A DNA stretch of 64,000 nt from Selaginella moellendorffii (Eukaryota; Plantae; Lycopodiophyta), in the NCBI RefSeq assembly GCF_000143415.4, contig NW_003314273.1:506074-570073 (forward strand), given 5' to 3'. Shown in pieces: positions 13,091 to 26,038 of the stretch. Within the stretch, counting starts at the first letter, position 1, and each line of letters begins with the position of its first letter. The notes beneath the pieces were generated by a model. That model was not told the DNA's origin. It ran no database searches and saw only the letters and a program-made list of their open reading frames with translations. A program made the position numbers and the translations under genes.

Positions 13091-14904
13091 TTCTTCCATT
13101 ATTGAAGTTGACTAGGCTCTCAAGGTTTTTTTCCTGAAACTTATCGAGGATGACACGCTGTTGGAGATCCAAGTTGTTGACTACAATATGATTGACTTCT
13201 TCAACATGGACTAAACTACATCAACACTTTTGAGTACACTTTTGACTTTCCAGCTTAGTGATTACACTCTTGGTGGCACTTCTCACCCCAAACTTGCAGT
13301 CCAACCTTGCTACTCACTTGGGATACGACCATGACATAAAGGTGGCAGGCATTTTCTAGCAGCATCTCGACTTTTCCTTGGAGTTTCTCCCAACTTGGCA
13401 CTTCATCTTAGCTCTTCCCAAACTTAGGTTCATGGCTGGATCCCAACTTCATTCTGCTACAACACTCGAAGCATTCTCTGACACTATCGACACTTCACTC
13501 AACCACCAGATCTTCATCAGCGACACATGATGACTTCCATAGGTCCTTGGGGACACTTTCTACCATCCTCATGAGGCTCCCATCCTTCCAAGCAGTTCCA
13601 GCATCCTAGATTCTCTTACACTGACATTATTCACCACCTTAGGCATTTTTGATACAATCTAACACTTGAGGGTGACTAAGTTAGTTTCAGTGGCATTCTA
13701 GGCTTTTTATAGGATTCCTTGCATCCTCTTGATGCTTCCATCATCATCACCCATCACAGAAGCCACTTGCACTTATTTTTTTACTTTTTTTGTTTTTTTT
13801 GTTTTCCTTTCTGCTCTCACTCGTTTTACATCTTTCAGGTCAAGGAATTATGTGGAGAAAGTCTCTTTTAATGAACACGCTCTAGCTGTATTATTGATTG
13901 TATGAAAATTTCTCGACTCTTGTTGATTTGTGCTTCATTTCTTTAGTTTTTTTCCCTACATCAGTTCCATCCTCACATTTTCATCACCATTCTATATCAT
14001 CTATACTCTAGAATTCTCTACCACACACTACACATACCTAATAATATCTTTCACATTTTCCACCATTCATCATCCATTCATACTAGACATTTGTGGACAA
14101 CACTTCATTATAAAAGCTCTTCCAGACAAGCAAAAACACAAATCAAGATATTCTCATGCACAACATGTAAGATATTCAATAAACTAGTCACATATTGCAA
14201 CTTTCTTCTTTTTAGAACTAATTTCTTCTTCTAGTAGAATAGCTTGATTGCAAAGGGCATCCTTGAGCAGTAGTCCAGTAGTTTTTGGTGTGAGTAGTAG
14301 CTATGACTTCACATTTCACTACATTAGATTAGAGCCCATCCTTGGACACACTCAATTATATCATCCATCTACCAAAATCCCCTATCATCACTTTCTTCCA
14401 TTATAGTTCATCTTCTATTTCATAGTTACCACCATTAGGCAATACAGTCCCTATGCTTTCTTCTTCATTCTCAGCCAAAGTTTTGAGTATAAACTACATG
14501 AGTTTGAGGTTGCATTTGCATATTCACTTTCCAGAGTGTTTGAGCTTCTTTCCATTTCGTTTTTTTACTCTTTTCTTATCATTTTTCCCTTTTTTCTTAC
14601 TTTTTTGAGTATCTAATTCAACTACATAGTTTCCCATTGGGTTTTCCTTGTATCTTTGCACTTTAAACTCTTTTCCCATCTTCTACTTTCATCTTTATTT
14701 TATTTTTTATTTCCATCTCTTGTTTTCTTTCCCATTTCTCTTTGTTTCAGCAATTACCCACTCTAGACACTACATTTTAGCATATGGGAGCATCTTAGCC
14801 ATGGGTTCTTGCGCACCAAAATCTTGTGCACCCACCAATAGTTGTTTATTGCAGCATTAGCTCATTGCCACCTTCTCCTCGCATCACATGTTGCAGCTAA
14901 AGAA

Positions 14905-15025
14905 GTAACTCTTACTCTTGCTCCTAACCCTACTCTTGCCCCGCTCCTACTCTTACCTCTACCCCTATTTTTATTCCTACTCCTACTACTGCTCCTGCTC
15001 CCACTACTACTCTTACTCCTACTCC
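14905..15025. repeat. Degenerate 6-mer (ctactc/ctctta) array; also about 33465-33575 and 38805-38925
   Basis: Visible hexamer periodicity that creates spurious poly-L and RS ORFs. Confidence 0.8.
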
Positions 15026-15231
15026 CCAGTTGTAGATATGGGTGTCTTGAGAGAGAGGGAGAGGATATTTTGATTCTTAAAATATTCCAAATGATTGTAT
15101 AAAAACCATGTGAGGGTGAAATATCAAGGGTCCTCCTCATTTTCTCTTGTTGTTGAGTTTGAAGCTGCAGCTTTGTGAATTTATATGTGAGGGATGGATC
15201 CATAATTGGGGCTAAAAAATGCCCTAATAGA

Positions 15232-16326
15232 TACTCTTTCCACCTTTTGCCTTTGGGTGCCCTAGCCATGTGGAATCTTTGATGAGCAATGCCAAGTATC
15301 CAAGTAGGTAGTGCCACCCACACTTAGATTGGGAGCATTGACTATTTGATCTCCTAGGGGAGTTAGAGTTAGATCTTGAATATTTCACCAAGTTACCCCA
15401 CTTGTCTGTCTATATTCACTTTAGTCTTGGACTCCTCAATGGTTATATCATCACCCACCACATGGGTATAACTTTCCTTAGCCACATTGGTTTTACTAGC
15501 CAAACTAGTTCCATTGAAGTCCTCCACTTACTATCCTTTTAAAGCTCACTTGGGAAATAATTGCTTTGGGATTTCACTTCAGATTCAAACTCAAACTTGG
15601 ACTAGGTCTTGGACTCAGTCTTGGATTCGGTCTTGGACTCGGTCTTGGAGTCGGTCTAGGTCTTGGCCTCTATCTTGGTCCCAGTCCTGGTCCCTGTCTT
15701 AAGCTCCATTTTGGGCTCCATCTCAAACTCCTTCTTAGACTCCATCTAGACTCGATCTTGGGTCCATCTCAAACTCTATCTCAGGCTCCATCTTGGGTCC
15801 ATCTCGGGTCCATCTCGGACTCTTTCTCGGGCTCCATCTCGCATCCATCTCAAACTTCAATTCGGACTCTATCTTGGACTCCTCGGATTCCAACTTAGGT
15901 CCATCTCGGACTCAATTATGACACTTCCATGTGTCATATATTGATCCTTTTGTTTCCCTTTTCTAGAGGCTTGCTTATTGATTGCTTTATGCTTTCAATG
16001 GGATTTCCACTCTTGCTCTCAACTTTTTGAGTTAAAGCTTTTAGTCTAAATGTGTTACGCTGGTCTAGCTTCCACTTCAACCACTACCACATGGCACCCT
16101 CTTAGCTCCACTCTAGATAGCTATTGTTTGAGGATGCAAGAAGAGCAAAGATAGAAAGGTTTTAATTTCCCTTAAACTACTTAAATGGTCTAGAGTTTAG
16201 GGTTTAAGGATTTGTGTCTTATAGAAGTGTAGGTGTTACTACCTACTTGGATATTTGGTATGGCTCATCGAAACCTTGCTCTAGCCACATGGCTAGGGCA
16301 CCTAGAGGCAGAAGGTGGGGAGAGTA
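15232..16326. repeat. About 100-bp inverted repeat pair bounding about 1.1 kb (arms 15232-15325 and 16225-16326; copy 2 arms 39131-39232 and 40138-40239)
   Basis: The reverse complement of the right arm aligns to the left arm (ccaccttytgcctytrggtgccctag..atgtggctagagcaaggttt..gat.agc.at.cca..tatccaagtaggtag). Confidence 0.8.
15590..15915. repeat. Degenerate 12-mer arrays (actcggtcttgg, then ctccatctcggg); also about 39500-39830
   Basis: Visible 12-bp periodicity. Confidence 0.8.
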
Positions 16327-16526
16327 CCCACAAGGTTCGCATTGGGCTATAGTGTTTCGAAATATTATCTTAAAGTCCTAGACTGTGGAAAGGAAAAGGA
16401 GTAATCCTCTTGTGTAGTGACCAAGCATATAATCACGTGGCAAGGAAGTTTTAGAGGTGGATAGGACTTAGTGGTCAGGCCTTCAGGCCTTTGGGCTAAC
16501 CCAGTGGTAGTGTTGGCAAGCACAAC

Positions 16527-19500
16527 TGTAGCACACGTGGTTTTGACCCTTTATCCTATGGTGGTTTACCATAGGATAACACCACGAAGCAGAACCTAAA
16601 CCTTCTTTGTGCCACGTGACAGATGCCACGTGTCACATGCCACGTGTCCATGCCACAAGGTTCAGCGCCTTAGGCCACTAAATGAAGGAACGGTGCCAAA
16701 CTCCCAAGCGTGGAGCCAAGGAGTGATGGAACCGAACCACGGAGCAACTCCTGAGCATAAAGCCCAAGGAGTGAGAACATGGGTACTCCACCAGCTAGCA
16801 TGGAATGGAACTTGGGCTTAGACCCAAGCCGGACGCAAAACAAGAACAGGCACGCAAGCGGGAGCTAGACTATGCCTCAGGTTGGTCGGCCATGCCCGAC
16901 TTACCCAGTATCCCTACTATACATTTGGAACCCCCCACAGGCCCCCCCCCACCTTGAGGAACACACGCTTTGGGCTTTCACCCCAAGCCTCCCTTAGTAT
17001 CAGGAGTTAGTCTCTAGAACAAGCTTGAAACTTACTAAATATGGAATGTTCCTAGATCGTGAATTTGGACATGGGACGAACACCATTGTGTTTAGACCGA
17101 TCTTTACATTCTGTAGATATGCCAAATGAGCAAATCTGGACACTTTTCATAAATAGCATTTGAGACCAAAATGAAACTAACATAAAGGGCATGATAGCGA
17201 GGGTGTTTGGCAGACACGGTAAGCTATCATTTAGCAATATTGAGGGACCAATCTCAATATTGCGGGGGTTCCCAAAACTAGCAAGTGAAAATCAACGAAT
17301 GAGTTTCTCTAACCAGGTCAAGTATGCTTGACAAATAGCACGTAGGAATTCCGTCCTTATGCCCATCTGGTCAAGTGCACATGCGAAGACCAGTTTCTCA
17401 ACTAGCTTAGGCGGAGACTAATAACGGGCCCAGCAATACCGACCTCCTACCATCGTGGTAGTAAGGTAAGAGTGTCCGTAAAGTAACTTTCGATAGTAGT
17501 TGACAGGTAACTTTCGATACCCGAAGTCACATTCGCAACACTCTCCCCCCCCTAGGGAAGATCGACGTCCTCATCGATGCACACTCGAGTCTAGAATACC
17601 GCCAAGGAAACAACCCCAGAAAAAGTTCACGGTATTCACACTATATGAGAAATGCACCAACTTAAATGAGTTAGGAGGCAACCTCTTTGTCTAACGCAGA
17701 TGCGATACCAGCTCAGACACCTTCCGGCCGTTGCCGACAAGGAAATGACCAACGGAGTCAGCCACCCTTGCTGCTCTGGGAGTCACCCAGCTTACAAAAG
17801 TGTGATACACCTCTGCCCGCAAGGACATAGAGAGAGAAGCCAGAGGCCCCAACCCTCATGAGCAAAGAAACCAAACCCGTCGGTAAGGTTTAGATAGACT
17901 ATTGTAAATAGGCAGTTAGAGTTGTTTACACGGTCACGCCCTTTTGAATGGAATAAAGAACATCGACAGAGTGGCGGGTTATGTGACCAGTCGACAGTAG
18001 CTACCCCATGACTAGAGATTTCAACATGCACACGAAGTGCCGAAGCCAGTCTGCCTATACTGGCCCAAACTCAAAGATCAAAAGATGGACAATATCAAAG
18101 TTAGAGACAATGATATCTTAGAGACTTAATTATCAGTGACTAAATCTTACATTAGAACACAAAAGTATTCCAAGCAAGTTATCGTCCAATAAACCAGTAG
18201 TATAGTATAGGAACCACCAAGATCATTGTAACTGGTAAACAGAATACACGATCCAACAAAATTCAATAGCTAGTATATCATCAAGAAAACTCAATGATGA
18301 AACTTGACTATCGAAGATGGTAGATAGAATGCCAAATAATTTGCGAAAGAGAACTCAAAGAATACAAAGTATCATTGATTGACAAGCACAATGCTCGCAA
18401 ATGTATCACCCAAAGGAAATAACATCCCAACCTATCAAAACTAACTTGAGCAATAATCAACAGAATAGAATGAATGTGGCAAAACCAACAAACACTCATT
18501 CTTGCCAACTATCACAAAAGCCAATCTGAATAGATCCCAACCAACAATACTAAGGAACTTAAGTTGCCTAAGCAAGTGTCAGCAACATCCTACTGATGTT
18601 TCAAACCCAAGAAACCAATCCAAAGCAAACCACAAAGAACATGTGGTATTGCGAAAAGCTAAAAACTATCAAAGAGAACAACTAACCATCATGAAAAATT
18701 ATCAATCATCCTATCAAGAAAGAGATGCATAATCATAGTTGAAGAAAGAATCTACCATCCCGAAGAATAGCAACTCAGTTTATATCAACAATAATTAAGC
18801 AAAACTCTTTGACAAGGATAATCAACTATCCTAGATGATAGTCAATTATCACCAATGATTGCTAGATGCAAATACTAACTTCAATCTGGAAGCTAGAAGC
18901 CAAAATACCTTCCCCAACAACTTCTAACAAATGGAATAACGAGCATAAAACTCAAAGAACCAAAAGCTTGAAGAAGTCTATAGTTAAGTCTTGCCTAACA
19001 ATGATCATAAGCTTTGCATAAACTAACTTCAATGCTAAAGAAGAAATCATGGTATAACTCACAATATCCTCCTCAACACATCCATAAGCTATATTACATA
19101 ATGCAAAGCTAATGAAGAGCATGTTTGCATCAATTCAAAAGCAAAGCATAACGGAGTTATGCTCAACAAGTGATCATCTAATCGATCCTCCATGAATCCA
19201 TCAATAGCAAGACGTAACTCACTTTATAGCAAGCACAAGAAGAATCATCAATGATCGATATATCCCAACTGAAATCCAGCAAGGATTCAATCACTAACTC
19301 TTTCCTCTTATAAAGCTAGCATAGTCCATGACTAAATCACTTTTCAAGGAAAAGCTCAAAACTCAACCTTTACTAAACAATCTTGTCTAGAACACAACTA
19401 ACTCAAACTTGCCACTCAATTCATTTGAACGTCAATACAATTGCTAATTAGCAATTGTACAAATGCTAATAACACAAAGCTATAGCCAAATCATCAACAC

Positions 19501-22423
19501 TATCTTCATCAAAACTAATGAAACTCGACATCAATCTTGCAGAGAGACATCTCATTTCACTAAAATCAACCAACTTCCTCCTATTAACAACTTCACATAG
19601 GTTCACCCCAACACAAATTCTCATGACCCATAATATGCTTAAGCCTCGAACATCCTTTTGCCCATTCTTTTGACATCCAACACCGACATCTGTAAAATGC
19701 AAATGGAACATCCAAGGCTTGATCACGAAGACCACATCTTCGGATATCCACATTGCACTAACACTCTTCTTCAACCACTTTCAAGATTCAATGTGAAACT
19801 AAAACATTAACAAGAAAAATGACATGGAAAATCAAGCTCTAAGGAAACTTCCTCATCACTTAAAATAACAATGTCACTTCCACTAACACAAATGCTAGTA
19901 ATGTCAATGCCTCAACCTCACACCTTCTCTATCCAACAATCTGCTTCAAGTGTTAATGGATCAACTAATGAGCTATAGCAAATGAATGCTATAACCCTTT
20001 TTTCAACACCTTATGGGCAAATCCTCAAGGAACCAAGGAACCAACTTAAGCTTAGCATAATGGACCACCATCGAGAATCCAGTCAAAGCTATTACAATGC
20101 TACTTCGTGCAAGTAGACTAGCTTCACCATCAACCACTTTGGGGTTGATCATTGTTTAACCAAGCAACTTCGTAAACACATCGCTCATTATCACATGGAT
20201 ATGATATAAGTATCACAATGATTTGATCATAAATTGAGTAACATAATGAGCAATGCCAATGTCATTACTACAAAAGTTTATGTGAGTATCAAGTGTCAAC
20301 TCGATTCAACAAAATGTAACATAAATGCCACACTCCACTGATAGCGATTTACAACACCCAAAACCACTAACTTTTGTTCACAACACAGACAAGCTCATGC
20401 CACTCTCTTTCCGACCAAACTCAAAATTAATCTAACACCAAGTTACTCAAGGAGCAATAGCAAGGTTCCCCAAAAAAGAATTGAACATTGCAACCCAAGT
20501 CTTCTAATAGCAAGCCTAGACAAAATGGTTTAGCGCTTCACTACTATCCATCCCATGACTCACCATTTACAAGACCATCATTTCCAACATGCATCAAGGT
20601 AGGGGCTCTTGATTGCATGATGTGAACATGGGCAATGGGTCACACCTCGTTGCGAATCATCTCTTCAAGAAGAGAACATGATTTATGTGTTTGATCCTTC
20701 GTCCCTGATGACTCTCCTTTCAGTCTCATCTTTGACTACACCTCAAGCTTGCTTTCACACTGCCTTCAGTCCAATCCAAGAGAAGTTTATGAAAGAGCAC
20801 GGCAATGACTACTTGAACCAATAGACTAATCCCTACAGTCTTGATTGATCCACTTGTAACCATGCCTAAGAAGGATCCACTAGTGCCATGCTAAACAGCT
20901 ATGGATTAGCATATTTTCCACTCATAGCAAACCCAGGGAAGGTTTGCTTTTACCCACGGTACATGGAACAACTCATAGAACCATTGGAACAACCCATGGA
21001 ACGACCGATAGGCTAACATTAATCCTGCCAACTCAAAACGTAACCTTGAGTTGCTAATATGCCTCACACACGAGCCCAAGCGTAAACTCGTGCTAACGGA
21101 GCATCTCAAATCCATCCTATGAGCCCAAGAGCAAGCTCACATTATTAGCTACAAAAGATAACCAAAACCATACCCAAGGAACGAATGTGAACCCTTTGCA
21201 CCAAATGTGTACCCACTCGGATCATCGTTTTCATCTCTGCGTATGCAACGAGACTAGTTGCCCAATCTCATTGAATAGTACTCGTTGAGATTCATCCTCT
21301 GATACCAAATGTAGCGCACGTGATTTTGACCCTTTATCCTATGGTGATTTACCATAGGATAACACCACGAAGCAGAACCTAAACCCTCTTTGTGCCACGT
21401 GACAGATGCCACATGTCATATGCCACGTGTCCATGCCACGTGTTCATAGGAACCCGAGGTTCAGCGCCTTGGGGAAGGAACGGTGCCAAACTCCCAAGCG
21501 TGGAGCCAAGGAGTGATGGAACCGAACCACAGAGCAACTCCTGAGCATAAAGCCCAAGGAGCGAAGGGACAGGAGCCCGGAGTGACTTGGAACAATCCTA
21601 GAGTAACCAACATTCCAATGCCAGGACCAACACACAAAACGGAGCCAAACGGAGTTTGGCGCTATTTCGGCATACCGGTGGCCTAAGGCGAGAACATGTT
21701 CTGCGTCCGGCTTAGGTCTAAGCCGGACGCAGAACAAGGATAAGCACGCAAGCGGGAGCTAGACTATGCTTTAAATTGGTCGGCCATGCCCAACTTACCC
21801 ACTATCCCTATTATACATTTGGAACCCCATAGCGCCCCCCCCCCCCCCCCCTTGAGGAACACACGCTTTGGGCTTTCACCCCAAGCCTCCCTTAGTATCA
21901 AGAGTTAGTCTCTAGGACAAACTCGAAACTTACTAAATATGGAATGTCCCTAGATTGTGAATTTAGACATGGGACAAACACCATTGTGTTCAGACCAATC
22001 TCTACATTCCGTAGATATGCCAAATGAGCAAATCTGGACACTTTCCATAAATAGTATTTGAGATCGAAATGAGACTAACACAAAGGGCATGATAGTGAAG
22101 GTGTTTAGTAGACACGGTAAGCTATCATCTAACGATATTAAGGGACCTCAATATCGCGGGGGTTCCCAAAACTAGCAAATGAAAATCAACGAATGAGTTT
22201 CTCTAACCAGGTCAAATATGCTTGACAAATAGCACGTAGGAATTCCGTCCTTATGCCCATCTGGTCAAATGCACACGCGAAGACCAGTTTCTCAACTAGT
22301 TTAGGCGGAGACTGATAACGGGCCCAGCAATACCAACCTCCTACCATCGTGGCAGTAAGGTAAGAGTGTCCATAAAGACTAGTCGACAGGTAACTTTTGA
22401 TACCCGAAGTCACATTCGCGACA
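16527..22423 (-). mobile_element. Full-structure non-autonomous LTR retrotransposon (LARD-like), 5.9 kb; LTRs 16527-17540 and 21310-22423
   Basis: TG...CA direct repeats. tRNA-iMet-type PBS TGGTATCAGAG on minus at 21297-21307. PPT AGGGGGGGGAGAG on minus at 17541-17553. Empty site at about 40431-40450. No long internal ORF. Confidence 0.92.
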
Positions 22424-22429
22424 ACTATG

Positions 22430-24230
22430 GATGGAAAGGGATTAGATAGAGACTGAAAAAAGGATATTAAAGAAGAGTGTGTGTTTTCTATGTCTTTAGG
22501 CATCCTAAGGATGCTAAAATGTGGTCATAAGATGACCACTCATGGACAGATGGCCCAATCTTTGGGAGACAACATTGTGGTATAGGTGGTTCTAGGCTAC
22601 CAATTAAATAAAGATGAATGGATATAGCCTTAGTATAATAGGATGATATGTTATTGGTATCTTTAGGTGTTTATCGTGGGATTGGACATTTGGAGCATTT
22701 GGACCAAGTGCAAAAGTTGAGTGGCATACAAGTCATTCATGAGGCTAGCAAGTCCTTAAGATGGGAATAAAATTTATAAAAATGGTGAGTGAAACTCCTC
22801 CAAATGGTCAAATGTGTGGTTAAATGATTTAATTGCTTATGTAAGGAGGATGTTTTAAATATTATTTTCTATAACCCATTTAATTTATATGAATTTTTTA
22901 TGATGCTGTATAGATTGAATAATTCTTTGGAGACTTTTTGGATGATATTCTTTACAATATGTTAAAGGTGACTATTAATTTCATTGATAATGTTTTGATC
23001 CACTTTAAGGGGACATAGGAGGAACACACTTGTGATGTTTGTAAAACATTGGGATCAGCTATAGGAAGTTAATTTGACATTGATACGGTTAAAATGCATA
23101 TATCTTAAGTATTATATTTTTCATGAAAATTTACAAATTGATTCTGACAAACTTGTGGATGTTATGAAGTTCTCTACTCCAAAGTGCGTGAACAATATGC
23201 AACACTTTCTTGGCAAGGTGTAATATCTTTTTCATGTTATTGTCTTTTTTATCATTGCAAGCATTAATGAAGTTGTTCATACTATTTTTCATCTAATTTG
23301 GGATTGTGAATAGACATTTATAGATCTTAAAGATGTGTTGACAATTTTTCTAGTTTTTGAGTATTTTAACTACACTCAACCTTTTGTAAATGCTTTTGAC
23401 ATTATCTCAAAGGTGTGTTGTTGCAAAAGAGCATGATTGTGTTTGATTAATATAATTCTATTGTGTATATTAGCTATATGTTGCAACTAATGGAGGTGAA
23501 CTACTCCATGAAAACAAAACTTTCAAAAAGATTTATGCGTATTTGCATAGTTTTTAAACATTGTTAAAAGGTGATTATATTGCAGTCTTTTCATTATTAA
23601 AGTGGAAGAATTTTGCTAGTGTAATGCATGTGATCATGGGATGAAATTTGGATATATTGTTATTGTGGATTCTTGGAACTTTCAGGAATAAATAAGGATA
23701 AAATAGCCACTAAGGGTTCTTTCATCCTTTTCCAGTTGGTTTAAGGGGAGAAAGATAGTGTGGTATCGGAGCAAATGGCACGGGTTCAAATCCTATTAAT
23801 TAGTGGTTACTTAAAAATATAATATACCCTTGAGCAACATATATTCCTACTCCTAAATTTGAAATCGTACATATTGGGCATCCATGCGTACATCCTTCCT
23901 CTTAGTAGAGTATCCACGAACGAAGGTATCCACTGTGGGAGTGCAGTATGAGTGGATGACTAGTTGCCTTACATGGAATAGCTAGTTTACACAATGAAAA
24001 GATTGGTAAATTTAATATGGAAATAGAAGTGTTGCTAATTCAATATGGAAATAGCATGATCTAACATTGCTAATAGAGTTGAGTTTACTTTTACGATTGC
24101 TATAAGTTGATAATATTAGGACCTGGGATTAATATTTGATGACCATTCTTGCACTACTTGGAGCAAAGTTTGTTAAACACTTCTGCCACATATAAATGAG
24201 ATAATAGTAATGTTATGTGGAGTATAAAGT
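22430..24230 (+). pseudogene. Ty3/gypsy RT/RNase H relic, strongly AT-decayed (also 1-657 and 40440-42239)
   Basis: Remnants FLDDILY (YxDD), EEH, FLG, QPF, VLLQ and NYS occur in the expected order upstream of the integrase relic. Confidence 0.6.
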
Positions 24231-25376
24231 TGTCACGAATGTGACTTTGGGTATCGAAAGTTACTTGTCGGCTAGTCCTTACGGACACAATTTCCTTACT
24301 GCCACGATAGCAGGAGGTCAATATTGTTGGACCCGTTATCAGTTCCCACTTGGGCTAGTTGAGTATGATCAGCAAAAAACACATAGGGGTTCCTACTTTA
24401 TATTTATCCAATCTAAGTGCATGGTTATTGACCAATTTTGGCCTAGTTTGAGAAACTTGTGTCATTGGCTTGTACTTGCTAGTATTAAGAACCTGCACAA
24501 TATTGAGCTTGGTCCCTCAATATTGCTAGATGATAGCTTATTGTGTCTGCCAAACACCCTTGCTATCATACCTTTTGTGTTAGTCTCATTTTGGTCTCAA
24601 ATGCTATTTATAGAAAGTGTTTAAATTTATTTATTTGGCATATCTACGGAATGTAGAGATTCTCATGAACACAATGATGTTCGTCTCGTGTCCAAATTTG
24701 CAATCTAAGAACATTCCATATTTAGTAAGTTTCAAGCTTGTTCTAGAGACTAACTTTTGGTACTAAGGGAGGCTTGGGGTGAAAGCCCAAAGCATGTGTT
24801 CCTCAAAGGGGGGGGAGGGAGGCTATGGGGAGTTTTAAATGTATAGTAGGGATAGTGGGTAGGTCGTACATAGCCGATCAACCTGAGGCATAGTTTAACT
24901 CCTACTTACATGCTTGTCTTTGTTTTGCATTTGGCTTAGGTCTAAGCCCAAGTTCCACACCATATTAGCTAGTGAAATACCCATGTCTTTATGTTAGGCC
25001 ACCGGTATTCCAAAATAGCACTAAATTCCGTTTGGCTCCGTTTTGCATGCTGATCCTGTCATTAGGATGTTGGTTGCTCTATGACTGTTTCAAGTCATTC
25101 TAGGCTCCTATCCTTTCACTCCTTTGGCTATATGCTTGGGAGTTGCTTTGTGGTCTAGTTCCGTCACTTAGCTCCATGCTTGGTAGTTTGGGATTTGTTC
25201 CTTCGTTTAGTGGCCCAAGGCCTTGAACCTCGGGTTCCACACCACTGTCCTTTGGACACGTGGCATGTGACACATGGCATATGACACATGGCACATGGAG
25301 GGTTTAGATTCTGCTTCATAGTGTTATCCTATGGTAAATCACCATAGGATAGGAGGTAAAAACCAAGTGCGCTACA
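24231..25376 (+). mobile_element. Solo LTR, copy 2
   Basis: aaagt|TGTCAC...GCTACA|aaagt. Confidence 0.9.
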
Positions 25377-25840
25377 AAAGTGGATGATTGGTATTTGTTT
25401 ATTTTCCCAATTTTATAGTGTATAATTTACCTAATGGGCTCTTTGCTTAGTAGAAAGGATTGTATCAAGTGTTGTGGCAAGTTAGATTCCAAATTTATGA
25501 TCATCACCAATTTATGTCATCATTGTGGTGAACTTGGATAACTAAGGATATATCATATTTTCACAAGTGTTTATCATCCTCAAATGAATGATTTGGTGAA
25601 ATAGCTGATTGGACCTTTAAAAGGATGATCACAATGTATAAGAATTTTTAATATTGAGATTAGGATTGTTATTTTTCATGTCTTCAATATGTGTATATCA
25701 TAGGGGTATAGGGTGTTTTACCATATAAAGTATTATATATGGTCATGATCTAACATTACTAATAAAGTTGAGTTTACTTTTACAATTGCTCTGAGTTGCT
25801 AGGACCTGGGATTAATATTTGATTACCATTCTTGCACTAC

Positions 25841-26038
25841 TGTAAACTTTTGAATTTGGACTTTCCGGGAGGTCACCACCCAACTCAGTATTATTCAAAC
25901 CCAAGGACACTTAACCCCAAATATCCCAAGACCCTTAATTGATTGGAAAAGGGGGTGCACTCTTTCTCATGGGCCTTTTCTTTTTATATTTAAACCCCTA
26001 TGGATCATCTCTCAAGTCGTTCTTTTTGGTTACTTATA
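25841..26038 (-). mobile_element. Cassandra-like solo LTR, copy 2
   Basis: Near-identical to 2268-2465 with the same ACTAC TSD. Confidence 0.8.

Larger units (their letters stand above)
1..23573 (+). repeat. Large tandem segmental duplication, copy 1 (open at left edge)
   Basis: Position 1 (attatattgcagtc) recurs at 23574 and 41583. ORFs 644/24217/42226, 3988/27549, 11274/35098 and others recur at consistent offsets. Confidence 0.93.

Noticed and set aside
14842-15898. RS-rich, poly-L and GL-repeat ORFs
   Set aside because: Translations of 6- and 12-bp tandem arrays.
16611-16655. CRISPR-like regularly spaced repeats
   Set aside because: Eukaryotic context; 14-bp tandem units without unique spacers and no cas genes.
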